A stretch of 27,489 bases of DNA, taken from IMG/VR virus record IMGVR_UViG_3300026972_000007, positions 1-27,489 of that record; one strand, written 5' to 3'. A model generated the notes under the pieces. That model worked only from the letters and a program-made list of their open reading frames with translations. It made no database searches and was not told the DNA's origin. Source of the DNA: a virus (taxonomy: Duplodnaviria; Caudoviricetes). Each line of letters begins with the position of its first letter. Positions within the stretch are counted from its first letter, which is position 1. The position numbers and the translations under genes were made by a program. Of the stretch, positions 9,022 through 16,632 are shown in pieces.

Positions 9022-9628
9022 TAACGAACTGCGTGATGGCAGCAACCCGTCGGAACTTGAACTGCGGTTCAATGTCGATGTCGAGTTCCGGGCAGAGGAT
9101 GACGCGGCCCGCATGGTCAAGGGCTATGCCGCGATGTTCAACAGCAAAACGAAAATCCGGATGTATGGCGGCCATACCTTTGAGGAGTGGCTAAACCCCG
9201 GCTGTTTTGCCAAGTCGATTGCAGATGGCAAGGACGTTCGGTTCCTTGTTGAGCATATGTCATTCATGCTGCTGGGCCGCACAGGTGCCGGAACGCTGAC
9301 CCTGACAGAGGACAAGCGCGGTCTGGCGTTCGAGGCGGTCCTGCCGGATACAACGCTTGGCCGCGATACCTATGAAAACATCCGCAACAAGAATTACCCG
9401 GGCATGAGCTTTGGGTTCCTGCCGGTCAAGAACCGGACTGAATACGATGACCGCGGGCGTTTGATCCGCGTTCAGCACGATGAAGTTGACGTGCGCGAAA
9501 TCACGGTCACGTCAATGCCTGCCTATCCGAAAACCAGCGTGGCCGTCCGGTCGCTGGCAACCCGGCCCGAACCGGGCAACTTTGCGCTGCGTGCGCGTCT
9601 TGCAAAACTGAAAGGTTACCACCTATGA
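9011..9628 (+). CDS. Prohead maturation protease, HK97 family
   Basis: GYAAMFN, FLVEH, LGRT, GMSFGF, EITVTSMPAYP. Confidence 0.95.
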   Translation: MTLDNELRDGSNPSELELRFNVDVEFRAEDDAARMVKGYAAMFNSKTKIRMYGGHTFEEWLNPGCFAKSIADGKDVRFLVEHMSFMLLGRTGAGTLTLTEDKRGLAFEAVLPDTTLGRDTYENIRNKNYPGMSFGFLPVKNRTEYDDRGRLIRVQHDEVDVREITVTSMPAYPKTSVAVRSLATRPEPGNFALRARLAKLKGYHL

Positions 9629-10974
9629 AGACCCTTAAGGAATTGATGAAGCTGCGCGCGGCCAAGTTCGATGAACTTGAAGCGCTTGCCAAACAGGAAG
9701 AAACCGACGAAACCCGCGCCAAGTTCGATGAACTTGAAGCGGAAATTGGCAAACTTGATGAAGACATCACCCGCGCGAAAAAGCTGGAGCAGCGCCGCTC
9801 CGAAGCAGCCGCGCAGGTTCCCGATGATGATGCAGGTAACGGCGACCAGGAACAGGGCCAGACCCGTTCGCAGAACCCGTTCAATGATCGCCCGACTGCG
9901 GCGGCTGCCCCGGCAGAACAGCGCAACCTTGCCAATGAATTTGGCATGTTTGTGCGGTCTTATGCTGCGGCCCAGTGTGAACAGCGCGATGGCAAGCATG
10001 TTCATCCGTCCCAGTTCGCCAAACGTGCTTATGGCGACAATCATCCGGTTGTTGCCAATCTTGAGCGCGCGCAGACCGCGTCCGAAAACTCCGGCGGCGG
10101 CTTCCTGATCACGCCGAACTATATGCCGGAAATCATCAAGTTGTTCGGCCCCAATACCATTGTACGTCGCAATGCCCGTTCGGTGCCTGGCAATGCGACT
10201 TACTTCAAGGGCAAAACCGGCGCGTCCGTCGGCTATGTCGGCGAGAACGAGCAGGGCGAGGTTACCGGCGTTACCTTTGGCACGATGACGATGGCCGAAA
10301 AAGACATCGCCGCGATCTTGCCGATCTCCAAAAAGCTGCTGCGCAACACCGGTTACAACGTCGAAGCCTATTGCCGTGACGAACTTGTCCGTGCGTCAGC
10401 GGAATTCGAAGACCTCAAGTTTCTGTACGGCACCGGTGTCGGTAAGGAAGTGAAAGGCTACTATCACTCAATCAAGGCGGCTAACGTCTTCGCTGCGGCG
10501 AACAAAACCGCCCCGACCCGCGCCGAGGTTATCACGGAACTTCACAAGGTTCTGAAAGCGTTCCTGTCTGCGGATGTTCCGATGAACGGGACCAACCCGC
10601 GCTGGTTCATGAACCCGCTGGTGGTTCTCTACCTGTCGGAAGTCTATCAGGGCGATGTGAAGGCGTTCCCGACGCTGGATGGCCCGAACCCGACGCTGCT
10701 TGGTTATCCGGTTGATACCAGCACCCAGATCACCGGCCCGGCTGGTGATGGTGGCGATATCTTCTTTGGCTGCCATGACTATGCGATGGTTGCCGATACC
10801 GTGACCATGTCGCTGTCAACCAGTGACCAGGCGTCGTTCAAGGATGCTGCGGGTAACACCGTCAACATGTGGGCGATGGGTATGCTGGGCATCAAGCTGG
10901 ATATGTCGCACGATTTCGGCTTCCGCTATGATCAGGCATTCGCCCGTATCTCTGCCGTCAAGTGGGGTCAGTAA
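9625..10974 (+). CDS. Major capsid protein, HK97 fold with N-terminal coiled-coil delta domain
   Basis: 449 aa; coiled-coil N-terminus, GGGFLIT, LYGTG, TLLGYPV; follows the protease. Confidence 0.95.
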   Translation: MKTLKELMKLRAAKFDELEALAKQEETDETRAKFDELEAEIGKLDEDITRAKKLEQRRSEAAAQVPDDDAGNGDQEQGQTRSQNPFNDRPTAAAAPAEQRNLANEFGMFVRSYAAAQCEQRDGKHVHPSQFAKRAYGDNHPVVANLERAQTASENSGGGFLITPNYMPEIIKLFGPNTIVRRNARSVPGNATYFKGKTGASVGYVGENEQGEVTGVTFGTMTMAEKDIAAILPISKKLLRNTGYNVEAYCRDELVRASAEFEDLKFLYGTGVGKEVKGYYHSIKAANVFAAANKTAPTRAEVITELHKVLKAFLSADVPMNGTNPRWFMNPLVVLYLSEVYQGDVKAFPTLDGPNPTLLGYPVDTSTQITGPAGDGGDIFFGCHDYAMVADTVTMSLSTSDQASFKDAAGNTVNMWAMGMLGIKLDMSHDFGFRYDQAFARISAVKWGQ

Positions 10975-11003
10975 GCCGGTTTCCGGTTTGACCGCAATCT
11001 GAT

Positions 11004-11030
11004 CGGGTCGCCTTCGGGCGGCCCGTTTTC
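11004..11030 (+). terminator. Intrinsic terminator after the capsid gene
   Basis: CGGGTCGCC-TTCG-GGCGGCCCG then TTTTC; cUUCGg tetraloop. Confidence 0.8.
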
Positions 11031-11052
11031 ATTTGCAATGGAGTATTGAACG

Positions 11053-11514
11053 ATGGATACCGCACTTGGCCGCGACAATGCAGCCTATCTGACCCCGATC
11101 TTTGCGGCGGCTGAATATGACCTGACCGCCGGCGCAGGCACTGACAATTCCGAACAGACATGGGCAACGATTGATCGCCTGACCGCGTTTGACAATGTCC
11201 GCCACGCCAGCGCGACCGCGATTGTCATGGCGACCGCCACCCTTGCCGAAGGCGAAACCCTGACCATTTCCGGCATCTGGGAGCATTCCGTTGATGGTTC
11301 GACCTGGGTGGAAATCGGCACCGATACCACCATGCTGACCCTGACCGGTGGTTCTGGTGGTTCGACCGAAACGGGTGCTGCTGATTTGAATATCAATCTG
11401 GCCGAGGCCAATCAGCACGTCCGTTTCAAACAGACCACGGACCTTTCGGCATCTGGCACCGACACCGCCAAGGTGTCGGGCGTTTATATGTTCTCTGCGC
11501 CCAGCGAAATCTGA
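11053..11514 (+). CDS. Probable virion structural protein (capsid decoration-like)
   Basis: 153 aa, Thr/Ala/Gly-rich beta-type; RBS GGAG; directly after the capsid gene. Confidence 0.65.
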   Translation: MDTALGRDNAAYLTPIFAAAEYDLTAGAGTDNSEQTWATIDRLTAFDNVRHASATAIVMATATLAEGETLTISGIWEHSVDGSTWVEIGTDTTMLTLTGGSGGSTETGAADLNINLAEANQHVRFKQTTDLSASGTDTAKVSGVYMFSAPSEI

Positions 11515-11535
11515 TCGCGGAACCGACTGTTGAAC

Positions 11536-11562
11536 AAAGGGGGCGGGTGACCGCCCCTTTTT
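11536..11562 (+). terminator. Intrinsic terminator (possibly bidirectional)
   Basis: AAAG-GGGGCGG-GTGA-CCGCCCC-TTTTT. Confidence 0.8.
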
Positions 11563-11578
11563 GCGTAAGAGGCGCGGC

Positions 11579-12166
11579 ATGGATGTATCGCTTAAAACGG
11601 CACCGGGTGAACGGATTGTCACGCTTGATCAGGCCAAGGCGCAGTTGCGTGTGCCAACCGCGTTCAACGATGAAGACGACTATATCAATAGTCTGATTCT
11701 GGCGGCGGAAAGCTATATTGATGGGCGGGACGGTATCCTCGGCCGTGCCCTGATTTCACAGACATGGACCGGCACGCTTGATGATGCGTTTCCGCAGGAA
11801 ATCCGGGTGCCATTGCCGCCGTTGCAGTCGGTGTCATCGGTCAAATACATCGATGGCGACGGTGTGGAACAAACCCTTGCCGCCAGCGAATATCAGGTCA
11901 TCAACAATGTTGAGCCCGGTCTGATCGTTCCGGCCTTTGGCAAGACATGGCCGACGGTACGTGCGCAGCGCCAGGCGGTCACGGTTGAATTTGTTGCCGG
12001 GTATGGCACGGCGGCGGAACTGCCGGAAAAGGTGCGCCAAATGGTGCTGTTTCTGGTAGGGCACTGGTACATCAACCGGGTGCCGATCAATGTTGGCAAC
12101 ATCGTCAACGACATACCGGAAACATTCATGTCGCTGTTTAATGCGACCCGCAAGTGGGGGTTTTGA
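11579..12166 (+). CDS. Head-tail connector protein (gp6 / phiE125 gp8-like)
   Basis: VTLDQAKAQLRV, EDDYINSLILAA, LPPLQSVSSVKY, FVAGYG, LVGHWYINR. Confidence 0.92.
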   Translation: MDVSLKTAPGERIVTLDQAKAQLRVPTAFNDEDDYINSLILAAESYIDGRDGILGRALISQTWTGTLDDAFPQEIRVPLPPLQSVSSVKYIDGDGVEQTLAASEYQVINNVEPGLIVPAFGKTWPTVRAQRQAVTVEFVAGYGTAAELPEKVRQMVLFLVGHWYINRVPINVGNIVNDIPETFMSLFNATRKWGF

Positions 12167-12345
12167 TGGCGAAGGTGTTGCTAAAGGTTGTTGACGGCAC
12201 CGGGCATCAACATGCCGCCGAAATCGCGTTGCGGGACGTGAAAATGATCAAGGCGCGGGTCTTGGTCGGGCTGTGGCTGATCAAGCTGGGCTGTGCCGTG
12301 ATGTCTGTCCGCAGTGAAAGCGAAGGTTGTGATGCAGCCCGGTGA
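12166..12345 (+). CDS. Small hypothetical protein (59 aa)
   Basis: TGATG coupling to the upstream stop; fills the gap to the head-closure gene. Confidence 0.55.
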   Translation: MAKVLLKVVDGTGHQHAAEIALRDVKMIKARVLVGLWLIKLGCAVMSVRSESEGCDAAR

Positions 12346-12655
12346 AATGAATGAGCTGATCACGTTTGAGCGGGTCGGTCATACCAAGAATGCCGGGGGC
12401 GGGTCGGTGGAGGCTTGGGCGCAGCTTGGGGCGAAAAGCTGGGCCAAGGTCAAGCCGATGTCGGGCAATGAACAGGTGCGCGCCGCACAGGTGGGCAGCA
12501 GCACCATGTATGAAATCGGGCTGTATCGCCGCACCGATGTCAACGAAGCCGATCGGATCGTGCGGAGCAACGGCGATGTGTTGCGGATCCGATCCGTGCT
12601 GCGTGAAACAAATGAAGCCTTCATGACCGTCGTGGCCGAGAAGGTGACGCCTTAA
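12332..12655 (+). CDS. Head closure / head-tail adaptor (SPP1 gp16-like)
   Basis: MQPGEMNELITFER, WAKVKPMSGNE motifs. Confidence 0.88.
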   Translation: MQPGEMNELITFERVGHTKNAGGGSVEAWAQLGAKSWAKVKPMSGNEQVRAAQVGSSTMYEIGLYRRTDVNEADRIVRSNGDVLRIRSVLRETNEAFMTVVAEKVTP

Positions 12656-13434
12656 CCGAATTCGTCTTCGAAGCTTTGGAACAGTTCGAGTTCTTCTGGT
12701 TTCAGGACGCCATCAGCTTTGATCAGTTCGTGGCAGGCATCAAGGAATTGCCGCCGCTGTTGCAGGTCAAGGTCCCAAATGGCGTCAAAGGCGTCGTTGA
12801 TCTGGCTTTCAGTAGGGTGGAGGCGTTTCAGGTAGGCGGTAATCGCTGCGGTGTCCGCGTCCATCATAGGTCGGCCAAGGTCAATACAGCCTTTGGCGAC
12901 GTGATCGAGCATGAAATCAAGTTCGGCTGGATGCATGAATCCGTCGCTGCGCGATAGTGTTGAAAGCAGCCGCATTTGATGGCGGAATTTCTGCTTGGCG
13001 AACTGGCCAGCCGGGGCGCGTTTTTCAGCGCCCGGTGTGAAATCGCTGGGCGGAAAGCGGTTCGGGTCCACATCGGTCGAGAGTTCGTTGCGAAAGAACG
13101 CGACCGGGTGATAGGTCACGCCGTCGACATCTATGACCGACAGAATGCCGGTGCTAAGGAATGATCGGTACTTCTTGCGCTCGTGACAATGAGCATGAAT
13201 GCGATAGGCCGTTGGCTCTGTATCGCATCGGTGAACCGTAATACGGCGCATGGTGATGCGGTTTCGGCTGTCGCAATATTCGATGGCAAAGGAGAGGTCG
13301 CCAATATCAAGTTCGGCATCCGGGTTGCTGGCGGGCGCGAAGGTAATGGCTTCTTCCGGTTCATCATGAATTGGCGGCCATGTGCCCGGAATGGGCGGTG
13401 CGTTCTTGGCGTGGAAGATTTTGTTTACTGGCAT
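12652..13434 (-). CDS. WYL-like domain + TerB-like domain protein
   Basis: IEYCDSRNRITMRRITV...IHAHCHERKKYRSF (WYL pattern); LSRSDGFMHPAE and LIKADGVLKPEE (paired TerB motifs). Confidence 0.8.
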   Translation of the reverse strand: MPVNKIFHAKNAPPIPGTWPPIHDEPEEAITFAPASNPDAELDIGDLSFAIEYCDSRNRITMRRITVHRCDTEPTAYRIHAHCHERKKYRSFLSTGILSVIDVDGVTYHPVAFFRNELSTDVDPNRFPPSDFTPGAEKRAPAGQFAKQKFRHQMRLLSTLSRSDGFMHPAELDFMLDHVAKGCIDLGRPMMDADTAAITAYLKRLHPTESQINDAFDAIWDLDLQQRRQFLDACHELIKADGVLKPEELELFQSFEDEFG

Positions 13435-13497
13435 TTCTCACCCCTTTGCAATCAGGGGTGGAATGCTACGACCGTCATATGATGGGAGTCAAATATT

Positions 13498-13737
13498 TCA
13501 GGACTTGCGCAGTCGAACGCCGGGGCCTTCGCCGTTCTCGGCAATGAAGATTATGCCTGCGTTTTCAAGTGCGGTCTGAATGGCAGAAAGATTCGGTTTG
13601 TTGATATTTGGCACAGTGTCGTCGAATGACTCCGCCCTGCGCACAGTCATCAATCCAACCTGTGCCTTTTCGGCCAGTTCTTGGGCTGTAATTTTTATTA
13701 TGGCGCGTGCTGCTCGTATCTGCGAACCAGTGATCAT
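13498..13737 (-). CDS. XRE-family HTH transcriptional regulator
   Basis: QIRAARA...QELAEKAQVGLMTVRRAE...ALENAGIIFI..NGEGPGVRL. Confidence 0.92.
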   Translation of the reverse strand: MITGSQIRAARAIIKITAQELAEKAQVGLMTVRRAESFDDTVPNINKPNLSAIQTALENAGIIFIAENGEGPGVRLRKS

Positions 13738-13771
13738 TTTTGTACCATGTGGTTTTTAATTGACCAAATCA

Positions 13772-13804
13772 ATATCAGGTGATACTTAAAGTACCACCTG
13801 ATAT
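13772..13804. promoter_or_regulatory. 33-bp palindromic operator in the divergent promoter region
   Basis: ATATCAGGTG-ATACTTAAAGTAC-CACCTGATAT, one mismatched pair; overlaps TTGACC(13760)-N17-TACTTA(13783). Confidence 0.75.
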
Positions 13805-13823
13805 CTGAAAGGGCAATTAAATC

Positions 13824-14120
13824 ATGGCGGACATAAAGTTTTCAGTCGCCTCGACCGTCACCGATCTGCGGTTTGCCTATGAGGCGCTGCGCTTGATCGG
13901 GGATGGAGATGGCGACGGCAATCTAGCCGACTGGTACGAGGATCAGCTTGTCGCTGTTCGGGCACGGGACATGAATGAGTTGTGCATCAAGTTTGATGCC
14001 CTGATGTCACTGGCCGAGCCGAATAGTGGTGCGTTGTCAGAGCGCGGTCATGCAATGCTTATTGCGCGGGTCGCCAGCCTGCGGGTTGATATTCATGCGC
14101 TGAAAGGTGGTGTGCAATGA
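13824..14120 (+). CDS. Small helical phage protein, paralog of 111..422
   Basis: Shared TxTD, GDxDxD, WxExQL, ELxIK, VxSxRxDIH; ATGA-coupled to the Bro-N gene. Confidence 0.82.
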   Translation: MADIKFSVASTVTDLRFAYEALRLIGDGDGDGNLADWYEDQLVAVRARDMNELCIKFDALMSLAEPNSGALSERGHAMLIARVASLRVDIHALKGGVQ

Positions 14121-15004
14121 CGATGCCAATGGTATTCGATTTCGAGGGGCGCGAGGTTCGCACAATCGAGCGTGAAGGCGTGATCTGGTTCGTGCTGGTG
14201 GATATCTGCAAAGTGCTTGCTGTCAACAATAGCCGTCAGGCAGCAACACGTCTGGATGATGATGAAAAAGATGACGTCATTATTAATGACGCCATCGGTC
14301 GGGACCAGTCAGTGACCATCATCAATGAAAGTGGTCTTTATTCGCTGATCCTGACCAGTCGCAAGGAAAGTGCCAAACGGTTCAAGAAATGGGTGACGGC
14401 AGAAGTTCTGCCGACACTGCGCCGGACTGGTCGTTATGAAATCCCGCCTGTGGCCCCGACCGGGGATATGGATACGGGGGATGATTCTGAATACGGCACG
14501 GCAGAGGTCAATTCGGCCTTGGCGGTTGTACGCGAAGTCCGAAAGATTTTCGGGCGGGCGGCGGCGCGGCGCATCTGGAACCAGTGTGGTGCGTTGCCGA
14601 TGGTCGAACCTGAGACGGATTACACCGGCCTTGACAGTTCCAAGGGTGTTGCCTGCCTTGCCTGGTTGATGGGCGCGTCTGCCGATGGTGGTGGGCTGAT
14701 CGGTGATTTGATCACCGAGGCGCGGCATTCTGCTGCGGCGGTCGAACAATTGCGGGCAATGGGTATCCGGGTTTGCGATGCGACCTGTCCCGGCGGTGTT
14801 CTGGTGGCGAATTCCCATCCGGCCTTGCGCCGGGTGTTTGCCAATACCAAATGGGCGACCGGATGGCGGATGGCGTTAATGTCGCTTCCCGGTGCGTTGC
14901 CATCAGCTGGGCCAACGCGGTTCGGCCCTGTCAATTCGCGTGGCGTGGTGGTGCCGATGCAGGTCGCCATGCCATCGCCGTCGCGGGAGTTTGTGGCGGC
15001 ATAA
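14117..15004 (+). CDS. Bro-N antirepressor-like protein with a C-terminal domain homologous to the helicase C-terminus
   Basis: FDFEGREVR..WFVLVDICKVL..INESGLYSLILTSRK..AKRFKKWVTAEVLPTLRRTGRY; C-terminal motifs align with the last ~130 aa of 1452..3254. Confidence 0.9.
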   Translation: MTMPMVFDFEGREVRTIEREGVIWFVLVDICKVLAVNNSRQAATRLDDDEKDDVIINDAIGRDQSVTIINESGLYSLILTSRKESAKRFKKWVTAEVLPTLRRTGRYEIPPVAPTGDMDTGDDSEYGTAEVNSALAVVREVRKIFGRAAARRIWNQCGALPMVEPETDYTGLDSSKGVACLAWLMGASADGGGLIGDLITEARHSAAAVEQLRAMGIRVCDATCPGGVLVANSHPALRRVFANTKWATGWRMALMSLPGALPSAGPTRFGPVNSRGVVVPMQVAMPSPSREFVAA

Positions 15005-15019
15005 AGCGATTTATCTAAC

Positions 15020-15055
15020 AGGCGGTGCCGGTCAAACCGGGCCGCCTTTTGTTTT
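15020..15055 (+). terminator. Intrinsic terminator closing the inserted cassette
   Basis: AGGCGGTGCCGGT-CAA-ACCGGGCCGCCT then TTTGTTTT. Confidence 0.75.
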
Positions 15056-15065
15056 GGGGTTGGAT

Positions 15066-15446
15066 ATGAGCGTCGGCTGGGAATTGCAAAAGGCGGTTTT
15101 CGCCGCACTTGATGCTGCGCTTGGCGCCGATGTTTATGACAATGTGCCGCGCAAGGCTGAAATGCCCTATGTGGTGCTTGATAACCAGTTGGCGACTGAT
15201 GCGCAGGCGGTCAATCGGGCGCGGGAAACCGTGATGCTTTATCTGTCAGTCTATACCAGTGGTGCCGGGCAGAAAGAGGCGCTTGAGATTATGGCGACCA
15301 TCAAGGAAACCCTGCACAACCAGAAGCTTGCCCTTGATAGTGGCACGCTTGAAAGCATGTTTGTCCTGCGCGAAGGCACGGGACGTGACATTGACGACAG
15401 TATCTTCACCGGTCAAGTGACCGTCCGGGCGATCATCGCCCCCTGA
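15066..15446 (+). CDS. Tail terminator/completion protein (DUF3168-like)
   Basis: LQKAVFAAL, VYDNVP...MPYVVL; upstream of the tail tube gene. Confidence 0.88.
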   Translation: MSVGWELQKAVFAALDAALGADVYDNVPRKAEMPYVVLDNQLATDAQAVNRARETVMLYLSVYTSGAGQKEALEIMATIKETLHNQKLALDSGTLESMFVLREGTGRDIDDSIFTGQVTVRAIIAP

Positions 15447-15476
15447 TCTTTCACGACATAACAGGAGTTCTTGGCG

Positions 15477-15938
15477 ATGACCGTGCAAACTGCTGCGGGC
15501 TGTAAGCTTTCTATTTCCGATGCCGCATCGACGGCGGCGAACCAGACGGCGTTTGAGGCCGAAACCTTTATCGAGGTTGGTGAAATCTCCGATCTTGGTG
15601 AATTTGGTGCCGAGTTCTCGACCATCACCCACACGTCGCTTTCAGATCGTATCGTGCGCAAATTCAAGGGCACCGAGGATCCGGGTTCATTGCAGTTGCA
15701 GCTTGGCTATGACCCGGATGATACCGGTCAGGCGGAGTGCAAGACGGCGCTGGCGTCTGACAATGAATGGGCCTTCAAGGTGGAATTGAACGATTCCGCC
15801 GGTGTCAGCCCGACCACGTTCTATTTCCGTGGGCGTGTGATGTCGTTCAAACGGCAGCCTGGCGGCCCGGAAAGCATCGTTACGGCGCAATGCAACATCG
15901 GGATTAACACCCGCCCGATCGAGGTTGCTGCGGCCTAA
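15477..15938 (+). CDS. Major tail tube protein
   Basis: EVGEISDLGEFG, KFKGTEDPG, DDTGQ, FYFRGRVMS; RBS AGGAG. Confidence 0.9.
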   Translation: MTVQTAAGCKLSISDAASTAANQTAFEAETFIEVGEISDLGEFGAEFSTITHTSLSDRIVRKFKGTEDPGSLQLQLGYDPDDTGQAECKTALASDNEWAFKVELNDSAGVSPTTFYFRGRVMSFKRQPGGPESIVTAQCNIGINTRPIEVAAA

Positions 15939-16022
15939 GAATGACCGCGCGGTCGGCGGGCGCAACTGTGGGGATTGCGTCCGCCATCCTTCCCACATCC
16001 CCAATCCCCGAAAGGTTACGAA

Positions 16023-16394
16023 ATGGCTGCAAAGAAAAAGCCGGTTGTCATGGCACCGGAACTGACTGCGACGGTTGGTGGTGAGGTGCACTATCTTGCG
16101 CCGACGCTGACGGCGGTGCGTAAAATCACCGCGTTCTGTGGTGGTATACGTCCGGCGTTTGACCGTGTGCGGGCAATCGATTTTGATGCCATGGCGCAAA
16201 TCCTGATTGCCGGTGCCGGTCTGGAAGTTGCGGGCAAGGATTACGATGATCTGGTCACGGCCATTTGGCGGGAAGAAAACAAGGCCAAACTTGGCGGCGA
16301 ACTGACAACGTTTCTGTCGGTCCTTCTGAATGGCGGGCGGGCATTGCCCGATCTTGGTGATGACGAAGATGGCGAAACGCCGGGAAAGTCGTAA
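16023..16394 (+). CDS. Tail assembly chaperone (gpG-like)
   Basis: Follows the tail tube gene; ends in G GGA AAG slippery site. Confidence 0.85.
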   Translation: MAAKKKPVVMAPELTATVGGEVHYLAPTLTAVRKITAFCGGIRPAFDRVRAIDFDAMAQILIAGAGLEVAGKDYDDLVTAIWREENKAKLGGELTTFLSVLLNGGRALPDLGDDEDGETPGKS

Positions 16395-16630
16395 GCCTGG
16401 ATGAATGGTGGGACATTCTCTACCAGTATGCGACGGGGTGGCTTGGCTGGTCCGATGGTCAGGCGATGACAACCCCAATTCCGCGCATTCTTCTGGCGCT
16501 TGATGGCAAAATAGACTTCATGTGCAAAAGCAACGGGGTCGAGCCGGAACCGGAAAAGCCAAGTGCAGATGAAGTGGCAGACAAGCTGCGGTCAGCGTTC
16601 CGCAACTGGGCACCATCAAGACGGGGTTAG
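16382..16630 (+). CDS. -1 frameshift extension of the tail assembly chaperone (gpGT-like)
   Basis: GGGAAAG at 16382-16388; -1 frame open to TAG at 16628-16630: GKVVSLDEWWDILYQYATGWLGWSDGQAM... Confidence 0.85.
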   Translation, partial: GKVVSLDEWWDILYQYATGWLGWSDGQAMTTPIPRILLALDGKIDFMCKSNGVEPEPEKPSADEVADKLRSAFRNWAPSRRG

Positions 16631-16632
16631 TC

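Noticed and set aside
5497-11514. Gene transfer agent or satellite instead of a prophage
   Set aside because: It has its own replication module, HNH/cos packaging, full tail and lysis genes, and att-like end repeats
11520-11535. GAAC...GAAC as a LexA box
   Set aside because: Spacer is 8 bp rather than 7 and the site adjoins a terminator
14892-15065. N-terminal extension of the DUF3168-like gene
   Set aside because: Overlaps the Bro gene and crosses a terminator; family-like sequence begins at ATG 15066
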